A DNA stretch of 64,000 bases from an uncultured Chloroflexia bacterium. Lineage in GTDB: Bacteria > Chloroflexota > Anaerolineae > B4-G1 > SLSP01. Below the pieces are notes generated by a model. The model was not told where the DNA came from. It saw nothing but the letters and a program-made list of their open reading frames with translations, and made no database searches. A program made the position numbers and the translations under genes. The stretch lies in the NCBI GenBank assembly GCA_963751345.1, contig CAVVUS010000040.1, forward strand, positions 46,610 through 110,609, read 5' to 3'. Shown one piece after another: positions 13,634-22,610 of this stretch; positions within the stretch are counted from its first letter, which is position 1, and each line of letters begins with the position of its first letter.

Positions 13634-14488
13634 CTACAGGTCCCCGCGCAGATGGAGACCCCGGCAGATCTCCACGTCAGCCGAACCGGGTACCCCTTCG
13701 GGCCCAACCCGCGCGACGGATCTGGACGCCAGGCATGCAGCGAAGTGGGCCGCCTGCACGGGGGGGACTCCTGACGAAACGGTGTCAAACAGCGCCGCCG
13801 CAAAGATGTCGCCGGCACCGGTGGGATCGACCTCCGCTACCTGCAGCGCCGGAAAAGGATTCGGAACGCCATCGAGGAAGACGATGCCGCCCCTGGCCCC
13901 CATCGTGACGACAAGCAGGTGGGTCAATCCGGCTATCCGCTTGGCTTTCTGCCAGTTCCCCTGGACGTCATCCAGGCTGAATACTACCGCTGATGCCCTG
14001 TGCAGTGCGGCTTCCTCGACACACCACGCATGGGGATGCACTCGACCCTCGCCGTTCTGGGACCGCATCCATCCCTGAGGCGTGATACCGACAAAGGTGC
14101 GATCCGAGAAGGATGTGATCAGATCCGGACTGCACTCGCCAATGACCGGACCGATGTGCGCGACGCGTGGGCTTCGCCAGCTCGCGGGCACTGACGCCCC
14201 GGAGAGGGGACTGGCCAGTCCGTGGACGCGCTGAGAGCGACTGCCATTCACGTAGGTGTTCGTAAAGGTCGTCGTCATGGCGGCTCGCTCGCAGGACACG
14301 GAGATCGAACCGTTGAATATGGAGAAATCAAAGTCTGTGCCGGCGCTCGTCAGAATCCCGACGGAACGACGAAGCGCAGCCACCGTCAACGCAGCATACG
14401 ATACCGTTCCCCCGATGGCATACGTATCATCGGACAGCACGTCGTGTGTGACGTGACCGATGGCCAGGTAGTCGAGGGGCGCTACCAC
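13634..14488 (-). CDS. PfkB-family carbohydrate kinase
   Basis: GGTVSYAA N-terminal signature and VDPTGAGDIFAA C-terminal signature. Start codon approximate. Confidence 0.88.
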   Translation of the reverse strand: MVAPLDYLAIGHVTHDVLSDDTYAIGGTVSYAALTVAALRRSVGILTSAGTDFDFSIFNGSISVSCERAAMTTTFTNTYVNGSRSQRVHGLASPLSGASVPASWRSPRVAHIGPVIGECSPDLITSFSDRTFVGITPQGWMRSQNGEGRVHPHAWCVEEAALHRASAVVFSLDDVQGNWQKAKRIAGLTHLLVVTMGARGGIVFLDGVPNPFPALQVAEVDPTGAGDIFAAALFDTVSSGVPPVQAAHFAACLASRSVARVGPEGVPGSADVEICRGLHLRGDL

Positions 14489-14577
14489 CCCATCACAGTC
14501 CGTGGGGATATGCCATACGTCAACTGGCACCGAGGCGAGCAATTGCAGACATGATGCTGGCCATCGCGGCCATCATC

Positions 14578-15565
14578 CTACCGCTTATCGGTTTCCGACT
14601 TGGATACGGGGATAATCGTCACAGCACGATCCCGCCCGTTGCCGACACTCTCAGTGGAAACCCGATCGTCGTCACGCAGAACGATATGGATGATACGTCG
14701 TTCGTGAGCGGGCATCGGACGAAGGCGTACCGTCTGCCCTTCCTCCACCGCCTGATCAGCCTTCGCCTGCGCCATCGACTCTATGCTCCGGCGACGGCGT
14801 CTACGATAGCCATCAGCGTCGACCACGACATTGTAGTCACCATCGAGACGATGGTATATCAGTGCACGGAAGAGGTACTGAACGGAGTGCAGATTTCGCG
14901 CACGCGGTCCGACCAGCGCATCCGCATCCTTGCCGGAAAGAGAAACCCAGAGCGTCGGGCGATCCTCATCGATCCATTCCACAGTTGCCGTGACATCCAT
15001 ACCCGGAAGCATATGGGCCATGATGTCCTCAGCGATGGTCTGTCAGCCGGTCACGGTCCAGGCCATCAGACACAGGTGTGCTCTGTGGGGGCACCGCCTG
15101 ACGCGGTCTAGGCTCGCGAACCGTCTCGGCACCCCGATCAGAACGGCTTGGGGCTTCCGTTTCGCCACCGACGGGCGCCGTCTTCGGAGCGACAGGTGCT
15201 GATCTCTCAACGGCAACCGCAGCAGCTGGGGTTTCACCGGCGGCGACCGGCGACACAACCGGAGCGGCTTCCTGAACTGGCTCCGGCATCTCCGGCGCCT
15301 GTGGCTCCGTCGCGGTTGTCTGCACGGCGGCTGCAGGACCGGATGCCGGTCGGGCCGCGGGTGCCTCCATCGTCACCGGTCGCTGCGGAGCACGCACAAG
15401 GCGCACCTTTGCCTCACGTGACCCGATGCCGAGGAACCCGTGACTGCCTTCATCCAGGACCTCGATCTCTACCTCATCACGCGTCGCCATAAGCCGGGTC
15501 AGCCCGACAATGATCGCTTCCTCTACTGAGGGGGCCGACACCTCAACTGAATCATCTGATCCCAT
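14578..15565 (-). CDS. jag: RNA-binding protein Jag/EloR/KhpB (Jag_N, KH, R3H); frameshift near 15030
   Basis: Jag_N (SVEEAI...EIEVLDEGSHGFLGIG) in ORF 15029..15565; KH and R3H (PMPAHERRIIH...TESVG) in ORF 14578..15021; downstream of yidC. Confidence 0.9.
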
Positions 15566-15690
15566 CTATACATCCTCCTGCACACGTAATGGCACCCAAG
15601 TGCCAATCCGGAGTACGATTCATAGCCTGGCCATAACCGTGACGGACTAGCTGACACTACCGCCGCCTGAGGGCCCGTCCACCTACCGTC

Positions 15691-16470
15691 TTAGCCCTTC
15701 GAAGCCGCTGCTCGCTTCGGCGACCTCTGGGGAGCTTTCTGGCTCCCCGAATCATTCGTAGGTGCAGCCGTCGCGTAGTGCCGCCGGAAGAGGAAATACT
15801 GCAGAACGCCGACCAGGTTCGAGATCAAGAAGTAAATGGCCAGCCCCGATGCATACGTGGCCGAGAAGAACCCGGTCATCAGTGGCATCATAATCATCAT
15901 CTGCTTGCTCATCGCTGCCGCCTGTGGATCTGCAGAAGGCGGCGTCAGCAGCTTCTGATAATACCACGAGGTGATCACCACGAGCACGGGCAGCACGTAG
16001 AACGGATCCGGCAACGCCAGGTCCAGCCACAGGAATTGGCTCCGCAGGGGGAGCAGCGTGCTGAGGCTTGGGATCCACCGGTAAATGTCACTGGGCAGCG
16101 CCAGCAGTTGCAGCGGCGTGGCAGCCAGGACGCGGATGATCGCCTGATACAGACCGATCATCAGAGGAAGCTGGATGACCAGCGTCAAACACCCGCCGAG
16201 GGGGTTGATGCCGGCCTCACGGTACAGCTTCATCTGCTCCTGGGACAGCTTCTCCCGATCGTCTTTGTATTTCTTCTGAAGCTCATCCAGCTTCGGCTTC
16301 AGCTCCTGCTGCTGCTTAGCGCCCTGCTGCTGTTTCAGCTGTAGCGGCGTGAGGGCCAACCGCAGAAGCAGGGTCACCATAGCCACGGCAACGATCGTCT
16401 GCTGACCGAGAAACTTGTAGAGCAGCAGCATTAGGTTGATAACGGGTTGTATCAGGACAGCATTAAACAC
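15691..16470 (-). CDS. yidC: Membrane protein insertase YidC/Oxa1
   Basis: QEQMKLYREAGINPLGGCL, FLWLDL..PDP, GLAIYFLISN; short monoderm-type form. Confidence 0.93.
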   Translation of the reverse strand: MFNAVLIQPVINLMLLLYKFLGQQTIVAVAMVTLLLRLALTPLQLKQQQGAKQQQELKPKLDELQKKYKDDREKLSQEQMKLYREAGINPLGGCLTLVIQLPLMIGLYQAIIRVLAATPLQLLALPSDIYRWIPSLSTLLPLRSQFLWLDLALPDPFYVLPVLVVITSWYYQKLLTPPSADPQAAAMSKQMMIMMPLMTGFFSATYASGLAIYFLISNLVGVLQYFLFRRHYATAAPTNDSGSQKAPQRSPKRAAASKG

Positions 16471-16508
16471 GATGCAATCTCCTAGTCAGTTCATCAAGTC
16501 CGGTGCAC

Positions 16509-17664
16509 TCAGTTCGCGGCCGCTGGTTCTGGTGCCGACCATAGCAGATTACCAGTGGCGAAATCGAAGGCCTGAATACGTTCCTGGACCAAGATGGGCA
16601 TGGTGTACAGCCGTTGTTCGTCTGCCACAAGGTCACCTGGTAGACGCCCCGGATTGTCGGGATGCGTTCCCCAGTTCTGATCCAGTGTGCCCGTCGCCGT
16701 ATCTGATCGCGTAAACGAGACCTTTTTCATAGCCCGCGACGTATAACAAGGTGCCGTCGGGGTTCAACGCGGCGCGACCATGAACGACGTCTCCCACTGC
16801 AACCGGTGCATTCCAGACCATCGTCTGCGTCGCGACATCGACTGCATAGACGTTACCGCTCACATCAGCAAAATAGAGCACGCCGTTGTCCAGCACCGGC
16901 GTCGCCCAGAGCCAATCACTGGCATCGAAGGTCCACGCGATCTCGTGCTTGGCAATGTCGACGCGATAGAGATGGGAGGCAAAGTCGCCCAGCCAGAGAT
17001 CACCGTCGGCGTAGACCGGCGTCATGGCGATGGCGCCATCGAACTCCAAGCGCCAAAGCTCAGCCCCGGTCGCCATGTCGAGAGCATAGAGACGGTGGTC
17101 CAGGGAGGCGACATAGGCAACACCGTCGATGACAACGGGGGTCGCCCACACACGGTCGTGTGTTGCGAATTGCCAGACCTCGGTCCCGTCCTCCAGGTTG
17201 AGTGCGTAGACTTTCCCATCACCGTTGCCGATGACAAAAAGCCCGTTGGCCACCGCGCCGGAGCCCACATACTGGCCGCCCGCCCCTGGGAAACTCCACA
17301 GCTCATCGGGGACCTCGGTTGCCGAGGTTCCAAGCTTGAGCGCATAGACAGTGTGGTCTGAAAACCCGGCGACCAACAGTAATCCGTTGTCACCGAAGTC
17401 GGGAGCCAGCACCGGCGTGGAATAGAACGGTCCCACGCCCTTTTCCACAGCCGTGGGGAAGCTCCAATAGAGTTTGCCGGTTTCGGCATTCAGCGCCTCA
17501 ATTTGCTCCAAGTCGGCCGCGTACAGCGTACCATCCACTGAGATTAGGCCGGGCCAACTCGTTTGACGGAGTCCGCCGGAACATCCCGTCAGTACAACCG
17601 CCAGCAGAACGACTGCCAGCAGCACATGCAATCCCCGCCGCGACTTGCCGGCGAAACGGGACAT
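16509..17664 (-). CDS. PQQ-like beta-propeller lipoprotein (BamB-like fold); frameshift near 16700
   Basis: Signal peptide with lipobox LTGC; repeated YALD..TG.E.W blades; last blade is in ORF 16509..16730. Confidence 0.82.
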
Positions 17665-17741
17665 AAAACGGCGGTCAGAATGACTCCGCCAACTTGCCAT
17701 ACTTCCTCCTACCAATGATAACGGGTAAGGCTCCCGGTTGG

Positions 17742-18002
17742 CTAGCAACTCGGGACCGACCCGGCGTGGACATCGCCCGTCTGCGCCCCAACTTCGGGCA
17801 CAGGATCGTACCCACCGGGGTTGAAGGGGTTGCACCGAACAATTCTCTTGGCCCCCATCCATCCCCCTTTGAGAATACCAAACCGATCGATCGCGACATA
17901 CGTATACTGTGAACAAGTGGGTGTGAATCGGCAGGATGGTGGCAGGAACGGGGAGATGAAACGCTGATAGATACGCAGCATACCCAGAACCAGACTCTTC
18001 AC
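17742..18002 (-). CDS. yidD: Membrane protein insertion efficiency factor YidD
   Basis: YQRFISP...[10 protein letters not shown]...G.LKG....[16 protein letters not shown]. Confidence 0.95.
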   Translation of the reverse strand: MKSLVLGMLRIYQRFISPFLPPSCRFTPTCSQYTYVAIDRFGILKGGWMGAKRIVRCNPFNPGGYDPVPEVGAQTGDVHAGSVPSC

Positions 18003-18003
18003 G

Positions 18004-18357
18004 CTAGACTCCAACATCACACTCAGATCCGGAGAAGGATGCCAGCGCCGCGCGTTCCAGCAACGAACGTAAGGCAACCTCCGCCTGATGCTCATTCGCG
18101 CCCGTCAGTTCGGTGCGCGCGACAAACACGATATCCCATCCTGACGCTATGCAACCATACAAGCGCCGAGCGGCTTCCCGTAGTAACCTTCGAGCACGAT
18201 TACGGGCCACAGCATTGCCGACTTTCCGGCTCGCCGTGATACCTACCCGTGTATGATCCAGCAGATTGGGTGCACGCCACATCACAAACAGCGGATGCGC
18301 CCACGATCGCCCTTCAGACCGAACTCTGCGAAAGTCATCTGGACGCCGAAGGCGCAT
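18004..18357 (-). CDS. rnpA: Ribonuclease P protein component
   Basis: [11 protein letters not shown]...[25 protein letters not shown] (RNR motif); lies between rpmH and yidD. Confidence 0.93.
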   Translation of the reverse strand: MRLRRPDDFRRVRSEGRSWAHPLFVMWRAPNLLDHTRVGITASRKVGNAVARNRARRLLREAARRLYGCIASGWDIVFVARTELTGANEHQAEVALRSLLERAALASFSGSECDVGV

Positions 18358-18401
18358 CTGCTTCTTCCAGTGGGAATCACCGACAAGGCTTCCCACCCGT
18401 T

Positions 18402-18605
18402 CTACTTGCGGCGGCGCGGTCTCTGAGAAGATTCCTTCCAGTTGACACGCTTGGCACCACCGAGCTTGACGGGAATCAAGTCGTGGCGCCCCTTCTGTCG
18501 ACGGCGCTTCAGCACCGTGCGACCATTCTTCGTCTCCATCCGCGCTCGGAAGCCGTGCGTGCGCATTCGCTTTCGTTTCTTCGGCTGATAAGTTCGCTTC
18601 GTCAT
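18402..18605 (-). CDS. rpmH: 50S ribosomal protein L34 with C-terminal extension
   Basis: [36 protein letters not shown]. Confidence 0.95.
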   Translation of the reverse strand: MTKRTYQPKKRKRMRTHGFRARMETKNGRTVLKRRRQKGRHDLIPVKLGGAKRVNWKESSQRPRRRK

Positions 18606-18744
18606 TATGCGTCTCCTTACCCGAATTCACTCTCTTATCTTCACCACGCAGCGCCGCACGGGCCCCTTACACGAAAATCGCGCGGTCACCCGCGGCGGTT
18701 TGCATTGTGAAGTGTGACATCGTAACCTTGATACGACCCAGCGT

Positions 18745-18772
18745 ATTATACCGTATGCGTTGCTTTAGTCAA
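18745..18772 (-). promoter_or_regulatory. Sigma70 promoter of the rpmH operon
   Basis: Minus strand TTGACT, 16-nt spacer, TATAAT. Confidence 0.65.
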
Positions 18773-18999
18773 TCATCAGGGCCGACAGCGGCGGACCGGC
18801 AAACCTTCACAAGATCGACATGCCGCTTACGCCTGGCACCCACGGCAGGGCCAGGCACCTATCATAACGCATATCCTCCACAGCAGACCGGGCCTCACCG
18901 AGTTTTGTACTATACTATAGACAATTATCAATTCAAGTGATTGCCGGGCGGGCCATCCGCCACTGGGTGGACCGGCAGTCAAGCGTAAGGAGGTGAACG

Positions 19000-20031
19000 A
19001 TGAAGGCGATGGTACTGGACAAGCTCGTCAAGATGGGCGAGGTCGACGAGCCGCTCTCCCTGGTCGACCTGCCGGATCCGGAGCCGGCCGAGGGCGAGAT
19101 TCTGATTCGCGTTTCGGTGTGCGGTGTCTGCCATACCGAGTTGGATGAGATCGAGGGGCGCACAGCTCCGCCCAGGTTTCCGGTCGTACCGGGCCACCAG
19201 GTTGTAGGCTACGTCGAGGAAAGAGGCAAGCAGGTAAACCGCTTCGAGGTAGGAGACCGTGTCGGTGTCGGCTGGATCTACTCGGCGTGCGGCCACTGCC
19301 ACTACTGCCGGAACGGCCAGGAGAACCTCTGCGCGGACTTCAGGGCCACCGGTCGCGATGCGAATGGCGGCTATGCGGAGTATATGACGGTGGCGCAGCG
19401 TTTCGCCTATCCCATCCCGGACGTGTTCTCAGATGCAGAGGCAGCGCCCCTCCTGTGCGCGGGAGCCGTTGGATTCCGATCTCTCCGCCTCGCCCACCTC
19501 CAGGACGGGCAGCCCTTGGGCCTGACGGGGTTTGGCGCCTCGGGACATCTGGTGCTTCCCACAGCCCGCCACAAGTACCCGCACTCAGATGTGTATGCCT
19601 TCGCGCGTAACCCGGACGAACGCCAGTTTGCCGACGAGCTGGGCGCGGTCTGGTCAGGAGAGACCGAGGCTCGAGCACCGGTTAGCCTCGCTGCCATCAT
19701 CGACACGACACCCGCCTGGAAGCCGGTGGTGGAGGCGCTCAAGAACCTAGCACCCGGCGGTCGCCTGGTCATCAACGCGATCCGCAAAGGAGCCGGCGAC
19801 CGGGACGAGTTGCTGCGTCTCAACTATGCTGACGACCTCTGGATGGAACGAGAGATCAAAAGCGTCGCGAACGTCACGCGCGCCGATCTTGAGGAGTTCC
19901 TACCCTTGGCCGCCGAGATCCCCCTCAAGCCCACCATCCAGGAGTTCGACCTGGAGGATGCCAACAGAGCGCTGATGGAGCTTCGCGAGGGAAGGATACG
20001 TGGCGCGAAGGTTCTCCGAGTCAGTTCATAG
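19000..20031 (+). CDS. Zinc-dependent alcohol dehydrogenase family protein
   Basis: CGVCHT, PGHQVVG, CGHCHYC...NLC structural Zn site, APLLCAG, GFGASG; SD AGGAGG. Confidence 0.92.
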   Translation: MKAMVLDKLVKMGEVDEPLSLVDLPDPEPAEGEILIRVSVCGVCHTELDEIEGRTAPPRFPVVPGHQVVGYVEERGKQVNRFEVGDRVGVGWIYSACGHCHYCRNGQENLCADFRATGRDANGGYAEYMTVAQRFAYPIPDVFSDAEAAPLLCAGAVGFRSLRLAHLQDGQPLGLTGFGASGHLVLPTARHKYPHSDVYAFARNPDERQFADELGAVWSGETEARAPVSLAAIIDTTPAWKPVVEALKNLAPGGRLVINAIRKGAGDRDELLRLNYADDLWMEREIKSVANVTRADLEEFLPLAAEIPLKPTIQEFDLEDANRALMELREGRIRGAKVLRVSS

Positions 20032-20033
20032 GG

Positions 20034-22589
20034 CTACCAGGGGACGTCCGGCCGATGCAGTCTGCCGACCCGAATGAGTTCACCGAGTTGCTCGCGCCGC
20101 TCGAGGTAGGCGATGAGTTCGCGCGCTTTGCCCGCTTTCCCGACTGCGTCCAGGACCTCGAAGTCCACGCCGAGATCGTAGCTCAGCGTGCGCAGTTCGT
20201 CTGCGTCAAAGCGCTCCACCAGGATCTGCCGCAGCCTCACCGCCTCCCGCTGCCTCCTGGTAAGGTCGACGCCGTCGAGTAGCGCCCTGACGTCGGTGCG
20301 CTGACGCAGTCCGGGCGGCACGAAGCTCTTCTCACCCATCGCCTCCAGATCGAGCAGATACTGGTAATCCACGACAATCTCGGGGTGCTGCGGAAGCGGG
20401 ACCTTTTCCTCGACGTGGATCCCGGAGATCGTGCTGTGAATCGTGTCAAAGTGGGATCGGACGATGCTTAGCAGCGCTCGCCGGGTGCGCTCGGGCCCCC
20501 TTACCCAGATACTGACGCACTTCTCCTCACGATCCGCCGCGATCAGCGCAACGTTGCCCTGATCGGCGACCATCACGCCGTTTCGCCAGTAGACATCCTC
20601 GGTAAGGTAGGGGTGCATACGGACGATGAACCGCGAGATCACGCTACCCGGGAGTACATTGTACTGATACTGGAAGGCCAACGCATCGTCCCACCCGCCG
20701 ACGACGGGCGCCTCCTTGCTGAGAAGATCGGGCACCAGGTAACGGTCGTCGTCGTAGGCATCGAACGCGAAACAGAGTTCGAACTTCCGCATCATATCCA
20801 GGATGAACTGATGTCGATGTCGCGGATAGGTCCGACGGTCCAGGATGTGGGACAGGTCCGAGCGCAGAAGACAGCCGTTCCGCCGCCGCACAGCCTCATC
20901 ATTGAGAATGTGGTAGACGCCGTTCGTAACCCACTCGGGGTTCAGGATATTGGTGTCCTCCAGCCTGGGATCATCCTGGAAATTCAACACGATGCCGAGA
21001 TCGTGGAGAAACCCGAGAAGGGTGCGCTGGCTGCGCTCGTCTGTGACGCCGTGCTTCTGGCAGATGTCGAGGTAGTCTTCATATGGGATGTAGTCCTTAT
21101 CCACGGCCTCGACGTCGCGCTTTACCTCGAACCAGGACTCGATGAGCGCGTCACGCAGGTGCGGCATGCGCGTGACCTCGCGCACGATGCGTGCCTTCAG
21201 CTTGTCGATGCCGGTGCCGGTCGCGCACGACGTCGACACAATCGCCCGGATCTGGGGGTACTTCGCCTTTAGCCCACGCGAGTCCAGGTCCATAGCGTGC
21301 AGGTCGCTCTTGTTGGCGACGACGATCACCGGCGAGTCTCCGCCGAAGCTCTGGATGATCTTGAGCCAATATTCGAGCCGGTTCTCCTCCTCATTGAGGC
21401 GCCCATCGAGCACCAGGAGGTAGAGCGTCCGTTTCGTAAGGAAGAACTGATGGGTGGCGTGCATGATCTCCTGCCCGCCGAAGTCCCAGACGTTCAGCTG
21501 AATCCCCGTGTCATTCACCTGGATCGGCCACGACCGAATTGCGATTCCGTCTGTCTTTGGCTCCCACGGATCGTAAGTATCCGAAGTCAGCCGGTTGACG
21601 AGCGATGTCTTTCCCACGCTCCCCTGCCCCACCAGGACCATCTTGGCCTCGTTGAGCGGGCGTTTCTCGCCCCCTACGTGCTTGAGATAGTAGGTGAGGA
21701 TGGCAGCCGGATCGTCCGTCTTGGCCAGGATCTCCGGAGGCACCGCCAGCGGGTTTTCGGAGAGGTCGAGCTTATCGAGGCTATCCAGCTTACCGATCTC
21801 GACAGGCAGAGAAACAAGTTGGTTGTGGCGCACGTCCAGATGCCTCAGCCGGCGAAGCGCACTGATCTCGGATGGCAGAAACGTAATCGCGTTGTGATGC
21901 AGGATCAGAGCCATCAGCCGGTCGAGCTCGCCGATCTCGACCGGCAGGCTGCTCAAACGGTTGTTGTGGAGCTCGACGTACTCAAGGTTACGCAGGTACT
22001 TGATGTCCGGGGGAATGGCGAGGACACGGGTATGATCGATCACCAGCCTTTCCAGACCGCTCAGACGCCAGACGCCCGGTGGAATCTCTACCATCTCGTT
22101 GCGCCCCAGGTTGAGGAAGCTCAGCCGCACCAGGCGCGCGATTTCAAGGGGGATGGCCACAAGAGGGTTGCCCCAGAGCTGAAGATCCTCCAGCGCCAAC
22201 AGCCGCAAGATGACCTGGGGGAAGATGTGGATGTGGTTCTGTCGCAGATCCAGGCTCGTCAGGCCTGTGAGCATCTCCATCTCGGGGGGCAACGCCGTAA
22301 GCTGATTGCCGCGGAGATCCAATGATGTCAGCATCTTGAGCAGACCGATCTCAGGGGGAAGCGAGACCAATTGGTTGTTGCGCAGGTCCAGCTGGGTGAG
22401 CTGCCGCAACTGCCCCAGCTGTGGGGGCAGGGCGATCAGATCGTTCCCGCAGAGATCGAGGGACACAAGGTGGTCTAGCTTGCCGATCTCAGGCGGCAGG
22501 ACCGTTAGCTCATTGTAGCTCAGATCAAGTACCTGAGCACCGGCTTGTGCTGCTTCGTCGATACGTCGCAGAATCTGCTCGTTAGTCAA
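20034..22589 (-). CDS. Roco protein: LRR-Roc GTPase-COR with a C-terminal effector-associated domain (EAD7-like)
   Basis: LRRs (LDLRNNQLVSLPPEIG), Roc motifs GQGSVGKTSL, WDFGGQE and NKSD, COR domain, and C-terminal LRQILVERFDADELRTLSYDLGVDFE...KARELIAYLERR...RPDVPW. Confidence 0.9.
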   Translation of the reverse strand: MTNEQILRRIDEAAQAGAQVLDLSYNELTVLPPEIGKLDHLVSLDLCGNDLIALPPQLGQLRQLTQLDLRNNQLVSLPPEIGLLKMLTSLDLRGNQLTALPPEMEMLTGLTSLDLRQNHIHIFPQVILRLLALEDLQLWGNPLVAIPLEIARLVRLSFLNLGRNEMVEIPPGVWRLSGLERLVIDHTRVLAIPPDIKYLRNLEYVELHNNRLSSLPVEIGELDRLMALILHHNAITFLPSEISALRRLRHLDVRHNQLVSLPVEIGKLDSLDKLDLSENPLAVPPEILAKTDDPAAILTYYLKHVGGEKRPLNEAKMVLVGQGSVGKTSLVNRLTSDTYDPWEPKTDGIAIRSWPIQVNDTGIQLNVWDFGGQEIMHATHQFFLTKRTLYLLVLDGRLNEEENRLEYWLKIIQSFGGDSPVIVVANKSDLHAMDLDSRGLKAKYPQIRAIVSTSCATGTGIDKLKARIVREVTRMPHLRDALIESWFEVKRDVEAVDKDYIPYEDYLDICQKHGVTDERSQRTLLGFLHDLGIVLNFQDDPRLEDTNILNPEWVTNGVYHILNDEAVRRRNGCLLRSDLSHILDRRTYPRHRHQFILDMMRKFELCFAFDAYDDDRYLVPDLLSKEAPVVGGWDDALAFQYQYNVLPGSVISRFIVRMHPYLTEDVYWRNGVMVADQGNVALIAADREEKCVSIWVRGPERTRRALLSIVRSHFDTIHSTISGIHVEEKVPLPQHPEIVVDYQYLLDLEAMGEKSFVPPGLRQRTDVRALLDGVDLTRRQREAVRLRQILVERFDADELRTLSYDLGVDFEVLDAVGKAGKARELIAYLERREQLGELIRVGRLHRPDVPW

Positions 22590-22610
22590 GGATGTCCCCC
22601 ATGATGGTCT

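Noticed and set aside
18610-19000. oriC upstream of rpmH
   Set aside because: No DnaA-box cluster and no dnaA; the AT-rich parts are explained by promoters.
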